Below the pieces are notes generated by a model. It was not told the DNA's origin and did no database searches. It worked only from the letters and a program-made list of their open reading frames with translations. This document shows, in pieces, positions 11,202 to 19,547 of a DNA stretch of 64,000 nucleotides. A program made the position numbers and the translations under genes. This DNA is from Actinomycetota bacterium (lineage in GTDB: Bacteria; Actinomycetota; CADDZG01; WHSQ01), in assembly GCA_035536775.1 (NCBI GenBank), contig DATLNM010000037.1, forward strand, positions 28,526 through 92,525, written 5' to 3'. Numbering within the stretch: the first letter of the stretch is position 1; each line of letters begins with the position of its first letter.

Positions 11202-11809
11202 GACTTTGCGATGTGGGCCTTGGCGTCCTCGTACGTGGCGTCCGCCGGTGGGACGGTCGGCCCATAGATGAGGTCCAGAACGCCCGTCTCGAAGGTCTCG
11301 GACGAGATCACCTTCAGGGGGATGGGACTACCGCCATCTTCGAACAGCCGCATCCCTTTGCCGACGACTATCGGATGCACCAACAGGTGCAGTTCGTCGA
11401 GAAGCCCTGCGGCCAAGAGCTGGCGGACCACCGATGGGGAACCGCTCATCGCGATGTGCGTATCGCCCGGCTCGTTCTTCAGCGCGATCACGGCGGCCAC
11501 AAAGTCGCCCTTCAACAACTCTGAATTCCGCCAGCTCAGCTCGAGCTGTCGGCTCGACACGACGACCTTCCGGGCGTCGCCTAGCTTCTTGGCGAAATCG
11601 GCGTCCTCGCCGCCGCCGGCCTCTCGGTCCGGCCATGCTCCCGCGAAGCTGTCGTAGGTCTCCCGACCGATGAGCAGGGTGTCCGACGTCCCGAGCACTC
11701 GATCGACGGCCGCGCCCATCTCGTCGTTGAAGTAGGGGAAATGCCACTCGTTCGGCGCCTCGACGACTCCGTCGAGCGAGATGAACATGCTGGCCTTGAT
11801 CTTTCTCAC
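11198..11809 (-). CDS. Dihydrofolate reductase-like protein (RibD C-terminal domain family)
   Basis: GTG 11809 is preceded by gaggagga. VRKIKASMFISLDGVVEAPNEWHFPYF...LLIGRETYDSFAGAWP...HLLVHPIVVGKGMRLF. Confidence 0.8.
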   Translation of the reverse strand: MRKIKASMFISLDGVVEAPNEWHFPYFNDEMGAAVDRVLGTSDTLLIGRETYDSFAGAWPDREAGGGEDADFAKKLGDARKVVVSSRQLELSWRNSELLKGDFVAAVIALKNEPGDTHIAMSGSPSVVRQLLAAGLLDELHLLVHPIVVGKGMRLFEDGGSPIPLKVISSETFETGVLDLIYGPTVPPADATYEDAKAHIAKS

Positions 11810-12136
11810 GGTTCCTCCTCCTGAAGATGGTGGTCGCGCTCTGCGTTCTCCACTTAGACGACCCGGGGTCGACCAACTAATCGGTGGCGGGTCCATGATG
11901 ACGTCCCTGGAAGCGATTCAGGGAAGTGAGGCGCGGCTAGCCCGACTGAGCCTCCCTGCCGTGTGCGGCCCTGCCGCTCAAGGGGTTCGAGTACCCGATG
12001 AAGTAGAGGTTCGGGCGAGGGGGTGCGTGACGTCACCGTGTACGGCCGGCGTCCCCCCACCTCAAGTACGCGGCACTCACCCTCGTATGGTTGCGGCCTT
12101 AGGGGGATCGGCGTCTCGAGCGCTATCGTCCAGCGT

Positions 12137-12976
12137 ATGACAGAGCACACCAGTGAGAAGAGCCGGGCGCTTTGGGATGAGATGGCACCCGGGTGGGAGC
12201 GGCACCGAGCGTACATGTGGAGCACGACCAGACACGTCGCCGAGTGGCTCGTCGACAACGTCGGTGCGCGCGAGGGCGACACGATCCTCGATCTCGCCGG
12301 TGGACCTGGCGACAACGGGTTCCTCGCGGCCGAGCGAGTGGGGCCGGCCGGCAGAGTCATAGCGACTGATTTCGCGCCACAGATGGTCGAGACCGCACAA
12401 CGTCGTGCCGTCGAGCTCGAACTAGACAATGTCGAAACGCGCGTGCTCGACGCAGAGAAGATGGACCTTCCCGATGACAGTGTCGACGGCATCATTTGTC
12501 GCTGGGGCTTCATGCTGATGCTGGATCCTGCGACCGCACTGACGGAGTGCCGGCGCGTGCTGAAGGATGGACGTCGTCTCGCCCTGTCGGTGTGGGGCGG
12601 TCCCGAAAAGAACCCCTGGGTGACGGTTACCGGAATGACGATGACGCAACTCGGCTACCCGCCTAGCGGAGATCCATTCGGTCCTGGTGGCATGTTTTCG
12701 ATGGCGAACCACGAGACGGTCCGCTCGATGCTCACTGAAGCAGGCTTCACTGACATCACGATCGAGGACATCTCGGTCGATTGGAGCTTCGCCTCCTTCG
12801 ACGAGATGTGGGACTGGAAGAGACAGGTCGCCGGTGCGATCGCGACCGTCATCAAGCAGCTTTCTCCCGAGAAGATAGACGAGTTGCGTGAAGCGCTCCG
12901 CGAGAACGTAGCGATGTTCCAGACGGATTCTGGGTTGACGCTTCCGGGCGTGACCGTCAACGCGACCGCTGTCTAG
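12137..12976 (+). CDS. Class I SAM-dependent methyltransferase
   Basis: Starts MTEHTSEKSRALWDEMAPGWE. Motif I ILDLAGGPGDNG and post-I ATDFAPQMV. Confidence 0.85.
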   Translation: MTEHTSEKSRALWDEMAPGWERHRAYMWSTTRHVAEWLVDNVGAREGDTILDLAGGPGDNGFLAAERVGPAGRVIATDFAPQMVETAQRRAVELELDNVETRVLDAEKMDLPDDSVDGIICRWGFMLMLDPATALTECRRVLKDGRRLALSVWGGPEKNPWVTVTGMTMTQLGYPPSGDPFGPGGMFSMANHETVRSMLTEAGFTDITIEDISVDWSFASFDEMWDWKRQVAGAIATVIKQLSPEKIDELREALRENVAMFQTDSGLTLPGVTVNATAV

Positions 12977-13014
12977 GCGTTCTCAACTTCTGCGGCAGCG
13001 CTGACCTTTAGCGC

Positions 13015-13043
13015 GTAGGCGCCGCGCTAGCAACGGCGCCTAC
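13015..13043. terminator. Perfect 10-bp GC-rich hairpin (gtaggcgccg-N9-cggcgcctac) between convergent units; candidate bidirectional terminator
   Basis: Read directly from the sequence. It lies 38 nt after the methyltransferase stop and 15 nt after the stop of the small Cys-rich ORF. There is no U-tract, which is common in high-GC genomes. Confidence 0.6.
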
Positions 13044-13057
13044 TGGTTCAGCTCACT

Positions 13058-13120
13058 TCAGCAGCAGTCAGTCGCGGTGTTGCACGGACACTCGGGCCCG
13101 CAGTCACATGGTGTAGTCAT
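13058..13120 (-). CDS. Unannotated 20-codon Cys-rich ORF (MTTPCDCGPECPCNTATDCC), candidate mini-metallothionein
   Basis: ATG (13120..13118) shares one base with the merR-family stop TGA (13122..13120). 6 of 20 residues are Cys, in the pattern CxC-x3-CxC-x5-CC. Stop TGA at 13060..13058, followed by a hairpin. The ORF is below the 60-aa cutoff of the ORF track. Confidence 0.55.
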   Translation of the reverse strand: MTTPCDCGPECPCNTATDCC

Positions 13121-13530
13121 CACTCACCCCCTCTCGCTCCGAACTTGATCTCGCATGCCCAGAGGTCTGAATCTGTCGTGGCCGGACAGTCCAGCTCCGC
13201 GAGTTTCTCGAGCTCAGCCTTGAGGTGCGCCAGCCGTTTCATCTCCGCGTCGATCTCAGCGATACGACGCACCACCAACGTCCGTGTGTGGCCGCACGGG
13301 CACGCGCCTCGATCTTGGATCTCGAGTAGCTCCCCTATCTCGGCGAGCTTGAGCCCCATCTCTTGGGCGTTCTTGATGAAGCGGACCCGCTGCGGCGTCG
13401 TCTCATCAAAGGCGCGGTATCCCGACGCCGAACGCGGAGGCGCGGGAAGGAGGCCCTCCTTCTCGTAGAAGCGGATCGCGTCTGCGGAGACCCCCGCTCG
13501 TCGCGCCACTTCGGACACCTTGAGACCCAT
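13120..13530 (-). CDS. MerR family transcriptional regulator, heavy-metal-responsive subtype
   Basis: Starts MGLKVSEVARRAGVSADAIRFYEKEGLL (HTH). Dimerisation helix. Candidate metal ligands are C77-P-C79-G-H81 and C115/C126, with spacing like MerR/ZntR/CadR/PbrR. Confidence 0.9.
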   Translation of the reverse strand: MGLKVSEVARRAGVSADAIRFYEKEGLLPAPPRSASGYRAFDETTPQRVRFIKNAQEMGLKLAEIGELLEIQDRGACPCGHTRTLVVRRIAEIDAEMKRLAHLKAELEKLAELDCPATTDSDLWACEIKFGARGGE

Positions 13531-13536
13531 GGCTCC

Positions 13537-13568
13537 ACGGTAAACCTTGGAGTGCACTCCAAGGTCAA
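13537..13568 (-). promoter_or_regulatory. MerR-type promoter/operator: -35 TTGACC (13568..13563), 20-nt spacer containing the 22-bp perfect dyad ACCTTGGAGTGCACTCCAAGGT (13544..13565), -10 TACCGT (13542..13537)
   Basis: Read directly on the minus strand. The -10 ends 6 nt before the merR ATG (13530), which implies a leaderless or near-leaderless transcript. Confidence 0.7.
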
Positions 13569-13626
13569 GAAGAAGTTTGACTCCCGCTCCCTCGATGAGT
13601 TTGGGCATGTCCCGAGGTCTCTATCT

Positions 13627-13932
13627 GTGAAGCCAGAGGGGAAGGAGCCTTCGATCGTCATCGTCATACGCGGCAGGGTGGATCGGGCCGATATCCCCCG
13701 ACTCTGTGAGGACGCGCGCTCCCGCCTCTGCGCGAGTAGCGGGGATGTCGTGCTCTGTGACGTTGCCGCCCTTAGCGACCCAGATGTGGTGGTGGTCGAT
13801 GCCCTCGCGCGGCTTCAGCTGACCGTGAGGCGACTCGGCCGCGAGCTCGAGATACGCGGCGCTTCGAAGGAGCTCCAGGAGCTACTCGCGCTATCGGGGC
13901 TTTCCGACGTGCTCCCCATCGAGGGTGGCTAG
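13627..13932 (+). CDS. STAS domain protein (anti-sigma-factor-antagonist-like)
   Basis: GTG 13627. SIVIVIRGRVDRADIPRLCEDARSRL...VVLCDVAALSDPDVVVVDALARLQLTVRRLGRELEIRGASKELQELLALSGL. The start codon is uncertain. Confidence 0.65.
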   Translation: MKPEGKEPSIVIVIRGRVDRADIPRLCEDARSRLCASSGDVVLCDVAALSDPDVVVVDALARLQLTVRRLGRELEIRGASKELQELLALSGLSDVLPIEGG

Positions 13933-14960
13933 GCGTCGAGGCGCTCCGGCAGCCCGAACAACGGGAACAGTGTGGCCGTGTCCAGGAAGAAGCAGATCCC
14001 GGTGATCGAGCCGCCCGAGATCTCTAGGACCTGTAGCGACCAAGGGGCGAGACTGCCGTCGCCAGCAGGCTTGTACTGACCGAAGGCCGGGGAGCCGTTG
14101 GCGGTCATGGTCGGGATCAACCGGGACCCCATACATCCGATCCCGGTCCCGAGACACCATTTGCGGATATCGAGGTGGGTCTGAAGCCAGAGGTCGTACG
14201 GAGGCATCGACCACGTCGCATCCTCGTGCAGCAATGCCGTGAGCGCATCCATGTCATAGCGCTCGAAGGCATCGACGTAGCGGGCGAGCAGTGCCTCCTG
14301 CTCCGGGTCCATCGGCTGTGGAGGGGTCTGCATCCCATCGTGCGTAGCGATAGCGGATCGCGCTCGCTGCAGCGCGCTGTTGACGGCGGCAACCGACGTG
14401 TCGAGGAGCTCGGCGACCTCGGATGCCTTCCACCGCAGGACCTCGCGAAGGATCAGGACCGCGCGTTGCTGAGGGGGGAGATGTTGCAATGCGGCGATGA
14501 ACGCGAGGCGGATCGACTCGCGGAGCTCGGCGACCTCGGCGGGATCGCCGTTGGTTGGGACGACGCGGTCGTCGGGCACCGGTCCGATCCATGTCACCTC
14601 GGGGAGGGCATCGGGCAGCGGCGTATCTGCCGACTGCGCCGGGCCGAGGTCCATCGGACGCGCCCTGCGTTCTTTTCCGTTGAGCATGTCGAGGCAGACG
14701 TTGGTGGTGATCTTGTACAGCCATGACCGCAGTGCCGAGCGTCCCTCGAAACCGTCGAAGCTCCGCCACGCTCTGAGCAACGCTTCCTGGACGGCGTCCT
14801 CGGCTTCGAACGCCGAGCCCAGCATCCGATAGGCATAGGCGGTGAGCTCCAGCCGGTGCCCCTCGAGCTGTCGCTCGAGGTCGTCGGCCCCCTGTGGGAG
14901 GGTGCTCGACGGGACGCCCGCCGCCGCTCCTGTCGTCAGTAGGTCTGTCATGGCTATCAA
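13929..14960 (-). CDS. ECF-type RNA polymerase sigma factor with fused C-terminal SnoaL/NTF2-like domain (SigG/SigJ-like, TIGR02960-type)
   Basis: Region 2 LTAYAYRMLGSAFEAEDAVQEALLRAW, region 4 LPPQQRAVLILREVLRWKASEVAELLDTSVAAVNSALQRAR, then an extension of about 130 aa (YVDAFERYDMDALTALLHEDATWSMPP). Confidence 0.88.
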   Translation of the reverse strand: MIAMTDLLTTGAAAGVPSSTLPQGADDLERQLEGHRLELTAYAYRMLGSAFEAEDAVQEALLRAWRSFDGFEGRSALRSWLYKITTNVCLDMLNGKERRARPMDLGPAQSADTPLPDALPEVTWIGPVPDDRVVPTNGDPAEVAELRESIRLAFIAALQHLPPQQRAVLILREVLRWKASEVAELLDTSVAAVNSALQRARSAIATHDGMQTPPQPMDPEQEALLARYVDAFERYDMDALTALLHEDATWSMPPYDLWLQTHLDIRKWCLGTGIGCMGSRLIPTMTANGSPAFGQYKPAGDGSLAPWSLQVLEISGGSITGICFFLDTATLFPLFGLPERLDA

Positions 14961-15107
14961 CCATATGACGGACCACGGAGGGGAAAATGAGCGCTCTGAG
15001 CCGATGATTTTCGGCTGGCTTCCCGGTCTTAGGAACAGAGCGAGTAGTGGGCTTGTTTAGCTCGCCGGAGGCTCTTAACTTCTTGGAAACCGAAGAAAGG
15101 TGATGCC

Positions 15108-16109
15108 TTGACAGACATGATCCGAACCGAAGGGCTGGTCAAGCGCTACGGGGACGTAGTCGCTCTCGACGGCCTCGACCTGGCAGTTCCCAAAGGGACG
15201 ATCCTGGGGCTCCTCGGGCCAAACGGAGCGGGTAAGACGACTGCCGTCCGCATCCTGACCACGCTGCTTCTCCCCGACGAGGGGACCATCGAGGTCGCCG
15301 GACTCGACGTGCTCAAGCAGCCCGGCCAGGTTCGGGAGCGCATCGGCCTTTCGGGTCAGAATGCCGCAGTCGACGAGCACCTGACTGGATTCGAGAACCT
15401 CGAGATGGTGGGACGGCTCTACCACCTGGGCCGCGCGAAAGCACGCGATCGCGCCCGCACGCTCCTCGACCAGTTCGAGCTAGATGAGGCCGCGGACCGT
15501 CCGGCGAAGACCTATTCGGGCGGCATGCGCCGGCGTCTCGACCTCGCAGCAGCTCTCGTCGCCGAGCCCGACGTCATCTTTCTCGACGAACCGACGACGG
15601 GCCTCGACCCGCGGAGCCGGGTGCAGTTGTGGGGGCGTATCCAGGACCTCGTCGCTGAGGGCGCCACGGTTCTTCTCACGACGCAGTACATGGAAGAAGC
15701 CGACCGCCTCGCTGACGACATCGTGGTGATCGACAAAGGACGGAAGATCGCACACGGCACCGCTGACGAGCTCAAGACCCAGATCGGTGGCGAGCGCGTC
15801 GAGCTCGTGCTCGCCGATGCGGATTCGATCCCGAAAGCCCATCGAGTGCTAGCCAAGCTGGCCGTCGACGAGGTTCAGATCGATGTGCAGGCGCGCCGGC
15901 TGACGGCGGGCGTAACGGACGGCGCCGAATCGCTTAGGCAGGTCCTTCAAGGACTGAAGAAGGGCAACATCGACGTGGTCGACGTCGGCCTCCGCCGCCC
16001 GACACTCGATGACGTATTCCTCTCACTGACGGGTCACGCGGCCGAAGACGTGGCCGAGGCCGAAGGGGACGGCTCCGAACTCGACATCACTGAAAGGGAG
16101 GCCGTCTGA
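15108..16109 (+). CDS. ABC transporter ATP-binding protein (DrrA/ABC-2 exporter type)
   Basis: Walker A GPNGAGKTT, signature YSGGMRRR, Walker B IFLDEPTTGLD, plus a C-terminal DrrA-type domain. Confidence 0.92.
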   Translation: MTDMIRTEGLVKRYGDVVALDGLDLAVPKGTILGLLGPNGAGKTTAVRILTTLLLPDEGTIEVAGLDVLKQPGQVRERIGLSGQNAAVDEHLTGFENLEMVGRLYHLGRAKARDRARTLLDQFELDEAADRPAKTYSGGMRRRLDLAAALVAEPDVIFLDEPTTGLDPRSRVQLWGRIQDLVAEGATVLLTTQYMEEADRLADDIVVIDKGRKIAHGTADELKTQIGGERVELVLADADSIPKAHRVLAKLAVDEVQIDVQARRLTAGVTDGAESLRQVLQGLKKGNIDVVDVGLRRPTLDDVFLSLTGHAAEDVAEAEGDGSELDITEREAV

Positions 16110-16912
16110 TGAGGCAGCTGGCTCTGGCGCTCGGAGACGGTGCCGTCGTCGCTAAGCGGAACCTGATCAAGATCAAGCGCGTCCCTGAGATCCTTATCTG
16201 GACGCTCATGTCACCGATCATGTTCGTCGTTCTGTTCGCGTACGTGTTCGGCAGCAACATCCCATTGCCCGGGATCTCTTACCGCGAGTACCTCATCGGC
16301 GGCATCTTCGTCCAGACCGTGATCTTCGGTTCGACGTTCACCGGTGCGGGCTTGGCCGAGGACATGACGAAGGGAATCATCGACCGCTTCCGTTCACTAC
16401 CGATGGCGCAGTCCGCGGTGCTCATCGGCCGCACGGGCAGTGACATCTTCTATAACTCAGCCTCCATCGTGGTCATGTCGATCACTGGCCTCATCGTCGG
16501 ATGGCGCATCCGCAACGGTTTGGTGGATGCCATAAGTGGATTCCTGCTGCTGCTGCTCTTCGCGTATGCCTGTTCGTGGATCATGGCCTACGTCGGGCTC
16601 AAGGTGCCGAGCGTCGAGGTCGTCAACAACGTGTCGTTCATGTTCATCATGCCGTTGACCTTCATTGCCAACACGTTCGTGCGCGTCGATGTTCTTCCCG
16701 GTCCACTCAGGACGTTCGCCGAGTGGAACCCGGTATCGTCGGTCGCACAAGCGATCCGAGAGGCGTTCGGCAACACGAGCGACAAGCTCCCCATAGGTGA
16801 CGCCTGGTCGCTACAGAATCCGTTCGCCTACACGCTCATATGGGTCGCGGTCATCCTCGCGATCTTCGTGCCGCTGTCGATCAGGCAGTACAAGAAGACC
16901 GCCGCGCGCTAG
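16109..16912 (+). CDS. ABC-2 type transporter permease (DrrB-like)
   Basis: ATGA overlap with the ATPase gene. 267 aa, 6 TM segments, typical N-terminus AVVAKRNLIKIKRVPE. Confidence 0.88.
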   Translation: MRQLALALGDGAVVAKRNLIKIKRVPEILIWTLMSPIMFVVLFAYVFGSNIPLPGISYREYLIGGIFVQTVIFGSTFTGAGLAEDMTKGIIDRFRSLPMAQSAVLIGRTGSDIFYNSASIVVMSITGLIVGWRIRNGLVDAISGFLLLLLFAYACSWIMAYVGLKVPSVEVVNNVSFMFIMPLTFIANTFVRVDVLPGPLRTFAEWNPVSSVAQAIREAFGNTSDKLPIGDAWSLQNPFAYTLIWVAVILAIFVPLSIRQYKKTAAR

Positions 16913-16926
16913 CCGGGATCCATCGG

Positions 16927-17862
16927 TCACGCGCGCGAGGGCAGGTGACGGAGCTCAGTGGGATCGGGTAGAGGAGTGACGGTCCTCTCGATCTCCGCGC
17001 GCATCGGCTCGAACGTGGGGGGGAGGGTCAGCTTTTCACCGAGCGCCTCGAGCGGCTCATCAGTCGTGAAACCTGGTCCCAGTGTCGCGATCTCGAACAG
17101 CACGCCGGACGGTTCGCGGAAGTAGATCGAACGGAACCAGAAGCGGTCGATGACGGGAGTGACGCTCACACCTGCCTCGGCCACCTTCGCTCGCCAGGCG
17201 TCGTGGTCGGCCATCTCGGATGCCCACGCGATGTGATGGACGGTGCCCGCACCGCTGAGACCACGGAGAGAGGGGGGCGCGTCGAAAGTGAACCTGCCGC
17301 CACGCGTCGCTCCGCGTATCTCCCACTCCCTGGTGCCGACCTGGTTGGCCCCGAGGGTGGTTGCAAGTAACGCAGCACTGTCCGTCATGTCGTCCGAATA
17401 TGCGCGCGCGGCGTCGAATCCCAGCAGCGCGTGCTCGGACGGGATCTCGCCGTGTGTCGCGCGGAGTGGAGTGTCACTGCCGTCGTCGATCTTGAGCTCG
17501 TGCGTCAGCCCTTCCGGGTCACTGAAGCGAAGCGTGGACCCCGAGCGCTCGACGACGATGTCGCGATCGCGCAGCCTGTCGGCCCAGAAGTCCAGGGAGT
17601 CGGTCGACCCCACGCGCCACACGATCGTGTGGATCATCCCGGCTCCTGCCCGCCCACGCGGAACACCCGGATACTCGAAGAAAGTGATGTCACTTCCCGC
17701 GCTTCCGCTCTCGTCTGCATAGAAGAGGTGGTAGACGCTGGGGTCGTCTTGGTTGACTGATTTCTTCACCATCCTCAGACCCATCGTTCCAACGTAGAAC
17801 TCGACGTTGCGCGGGGCGTCGGCCGTGATGCAAGTGATGTGGTGGATGCCCTCTAGCTGCAT
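16927..17862 (-). CDS. Ring-cleaving dioxygenase, glyoxalase/VOC superfamily (MhqA/MhqO-like, two-domain)
   Basis: RBS gaggag then ATG 17862. MQLEGIHHITCITADAPRNVEFYVGTMGLRMVKKSVNQDDPSVYHLFYAD, and a second VOC repeat ...GTVHHIAWAS... Confidence 0.85.
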   Translation of the reverse strand: MQLEGIHHITCITADAPRNVEFYVGTMGLRMVKKSVNQDDPSVYHLFYADESGSAGSDITFFEYPGVPRGRAGAGMIHTIVWRVGSTDSLDFWADRLRDRDIVVERSGSTLRFSDPEGLTHELKIDDGSDTPLRATHGEIPSEHALLGFDAARAYSDDMTDSAALLATTLGANQVGTREWEIRGATRGGRFTFDAPPSLRGLSGAGTVHHIAWASEMADHDAWRAKVAEAGVSVTPVIDRFWFRSIYFREPSGVLFEIATLGPGFTTDEPLEALGEKLTLPPTFEPMRAEIERTVTPLPDPTELRHLPSRA

Positions 17863-18024
17863 CGGATGCTCCTCTGGTTGGGCCCCCAACTAGTGGTTAC
17901 TTAGTCTCCGATCGGGGGTAAGGTCGAGTCACCGCTTCCAACAAGAACACTGTCCACCCATGTGGACGATAGCTGCCTAGGCTAGCTCCCTTCCCAGCAT
18001 TCGTCTGGGAAAGAAGGCGCCTCC

Positions 18025-18744
18025 GTGTCACAGCTCTTCGTCTCACAAGAACTCGTCGACGCGCTGCATTCCTTGTCCTCGATACTCGACCAGGAGAATG
18101 TGCTTGCAGGCACGTTGAACAACGTTGTCAATCTCTCCGTTGCCACGCTGCCTGGGTGTGACTCCGCTGGCGTGACTTTGCGCATCGGCAACAGAGACAC
18201 GACCGCGGCTGCGTCGGACGAGTACACGCTGGAGATCGACAAGATCCAATATGGCGAAGCCCAAGGCCCCTGCGTCGCGGCCATCGACGACAGCGAGCCC
18301 AAACAGATCCATGCGGTCGCGGAAGAAACCAGATGGCCAGACTTCTGTAAGCGCGCCGCGGCTAAGGGTTTCCGCAGCAGTCTGTCGTTCCCTCTGAACG
18401 GTGATGGATCCTCAGGAGCGTTGAACCTCTATTCCACCCGCGACCATGGGTTCGATGATGAGTCGAGCTTCGCGGTCGCGGAGATCTTCGCGAGGCAGGC
18501 CGCTATCGCTCTTAGGAACGCGAGTACGTACGCGGCCGCCCGCCGAGTCGCTGATCAGCTACATGACGCGCTTCTGTCCAGAGACCTGATCGGGCAGGCG
18601 AAGGGGATCTTGATGGAACGTGAGGGCGTCACGGACGACCAGGCTTTCGGGATGCTGAAGACGATCTCTCAGAACTCGAACATCAAACTCAGGGATGTCG
18701 CTCAGCGGCTGGTCGAAGAGCGGGTGGCGGCCTCAGCAACGTAG
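18025..18744 (+). CDS. GAF plus ANTAR domain RNA-binding regulator
   Basis: GAF core (ATLPGCDSAGVTLR...GPCVAAID). ANTAR motif LLSRDLIGQAKGILMEREGVTDDQAFGMLKTISQNSNIKLRDVAQRLV. Confidence 0.88.
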   Translation: MSQLFVSQELVDALHSLSSILDQENVLAGTLNNVVNLSVATLPGCDSAGVTLRIGNRDTTAAASDEYTLEIDKIQYGEAQGPCVAAIDDSEPKQIHAVAEETRWPDFCKRAAAKGFRSSLSFPLNGDGSSGALNLYSTRDHGFDDESSFAVAEIFARQAAIALRNASTYAAARRVADQLHDALLSRDLIGQAKGILMEREGVTDDQAFGMLKTISQNSNIKLRDVAQRLVEERVAASAT

Positions 18745-18764
18745 GTGTCAGGTCCACAGTGGAA

Positions 18765-19415
18765 TCAGCTATCAGCCCGAAGCATCAACGTGATCGCCCC
18801 GTACTGGCATGCGCTCGCGAGGACAACGAGCGCGTGCCAGACTTCGTGGTACCCGAACACGCGAGGGTTCGGATCGGGACGCCTCCGTAAGAGGACCAGC
18901 GCGCCGGCGGTATACATCAACCCGCCTGCCGCGATGAGGACCAGCGGCCAAACGCCGGCTTCTCTCAGGGCCGCCGGCATCGTTGCAACGCCTAGCCAGC
19001 CAAGTGCTATGTACAGAGTGCCGCCAACCCTCGAAAAGCCGTCGATCCTGATGAGCTTGAAGGCGATCCCGAGAGTGGTCCCCGCCCACACCAGGCTGAG
19101 AACGATCCACCGCCATACGCCGTCTAGAACCATCATCGCGAACGCCGTGTGCGTCGCCGCGATCAGAAAGAAGATCATGCTGTGGTCGAGACTTCGCATG
19201 ATGCGAAGAGCGCGCGGCGACCAGCGCAAGCGATGGTAGGCAGCGCTCGTACCGAACAGCCCGATAAGCGCGACGGCATAGATGGCGACGCCGATCCGCA
19301 CCGCTCCAGGAGGCGCTGCAGCCAGAAGATAGATCGCTGCTGGGACCGCGAGAACTACGGCGCCTTGATGAAGCCAACCTCGCAATAGCGGCTTGGGAGC
19401 CGGTACCCCAATCAC
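18765..19415 (-). CDS. Hemolysin III / PAQR family channel protein
   Basis: 7-TM protein with LRGWLHQ...SAAYH...LDHSMIFFLIAATHT...GYHEVWHALV. Confidence 0.85.
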   Translation of the reverse strand: MIGVPAPKPLLRGWLHQGAVVLAVPAAIYLLAAAPPGAVRIGVAIYAVALIGLFGTSAAYHRLRWSPRALRIMRSLDHSMIFFLIAATHTAFAMMVLDGVWRWIVLSLVWAGTTLGIAFKLIRIDGFSRVGGTLYIALGWLGVATMPAALREAGVWPLVLIAAGGLMYTAGALVLLRRRPDPNPRVFGYHEVWHALVVLASACQYGAITLMLRADS

Positions 19416-19547
19416 GATCTCATGCTACCGGCGGAATGTTTTTACTAGGGCGCGTTACGAGCGTGGGTTCGCGCATTCAACTATCCTGAGGTTGGTGAGC
19501 CGGGAAGCCTGGTCGGCGCTCGTCAAGACGCGCTCGAGGAGGCACAG

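Noticed and set aside
11810-12136. SAM or THF riboswitch upstream of the methyltransferase or DHFR-like genes
   Set aside because: Only a short chance resemblance (cccgatgaag) to the SAM-I core exists. The conserved GGCAACC/AGAGGG-type elements and helices are not present.
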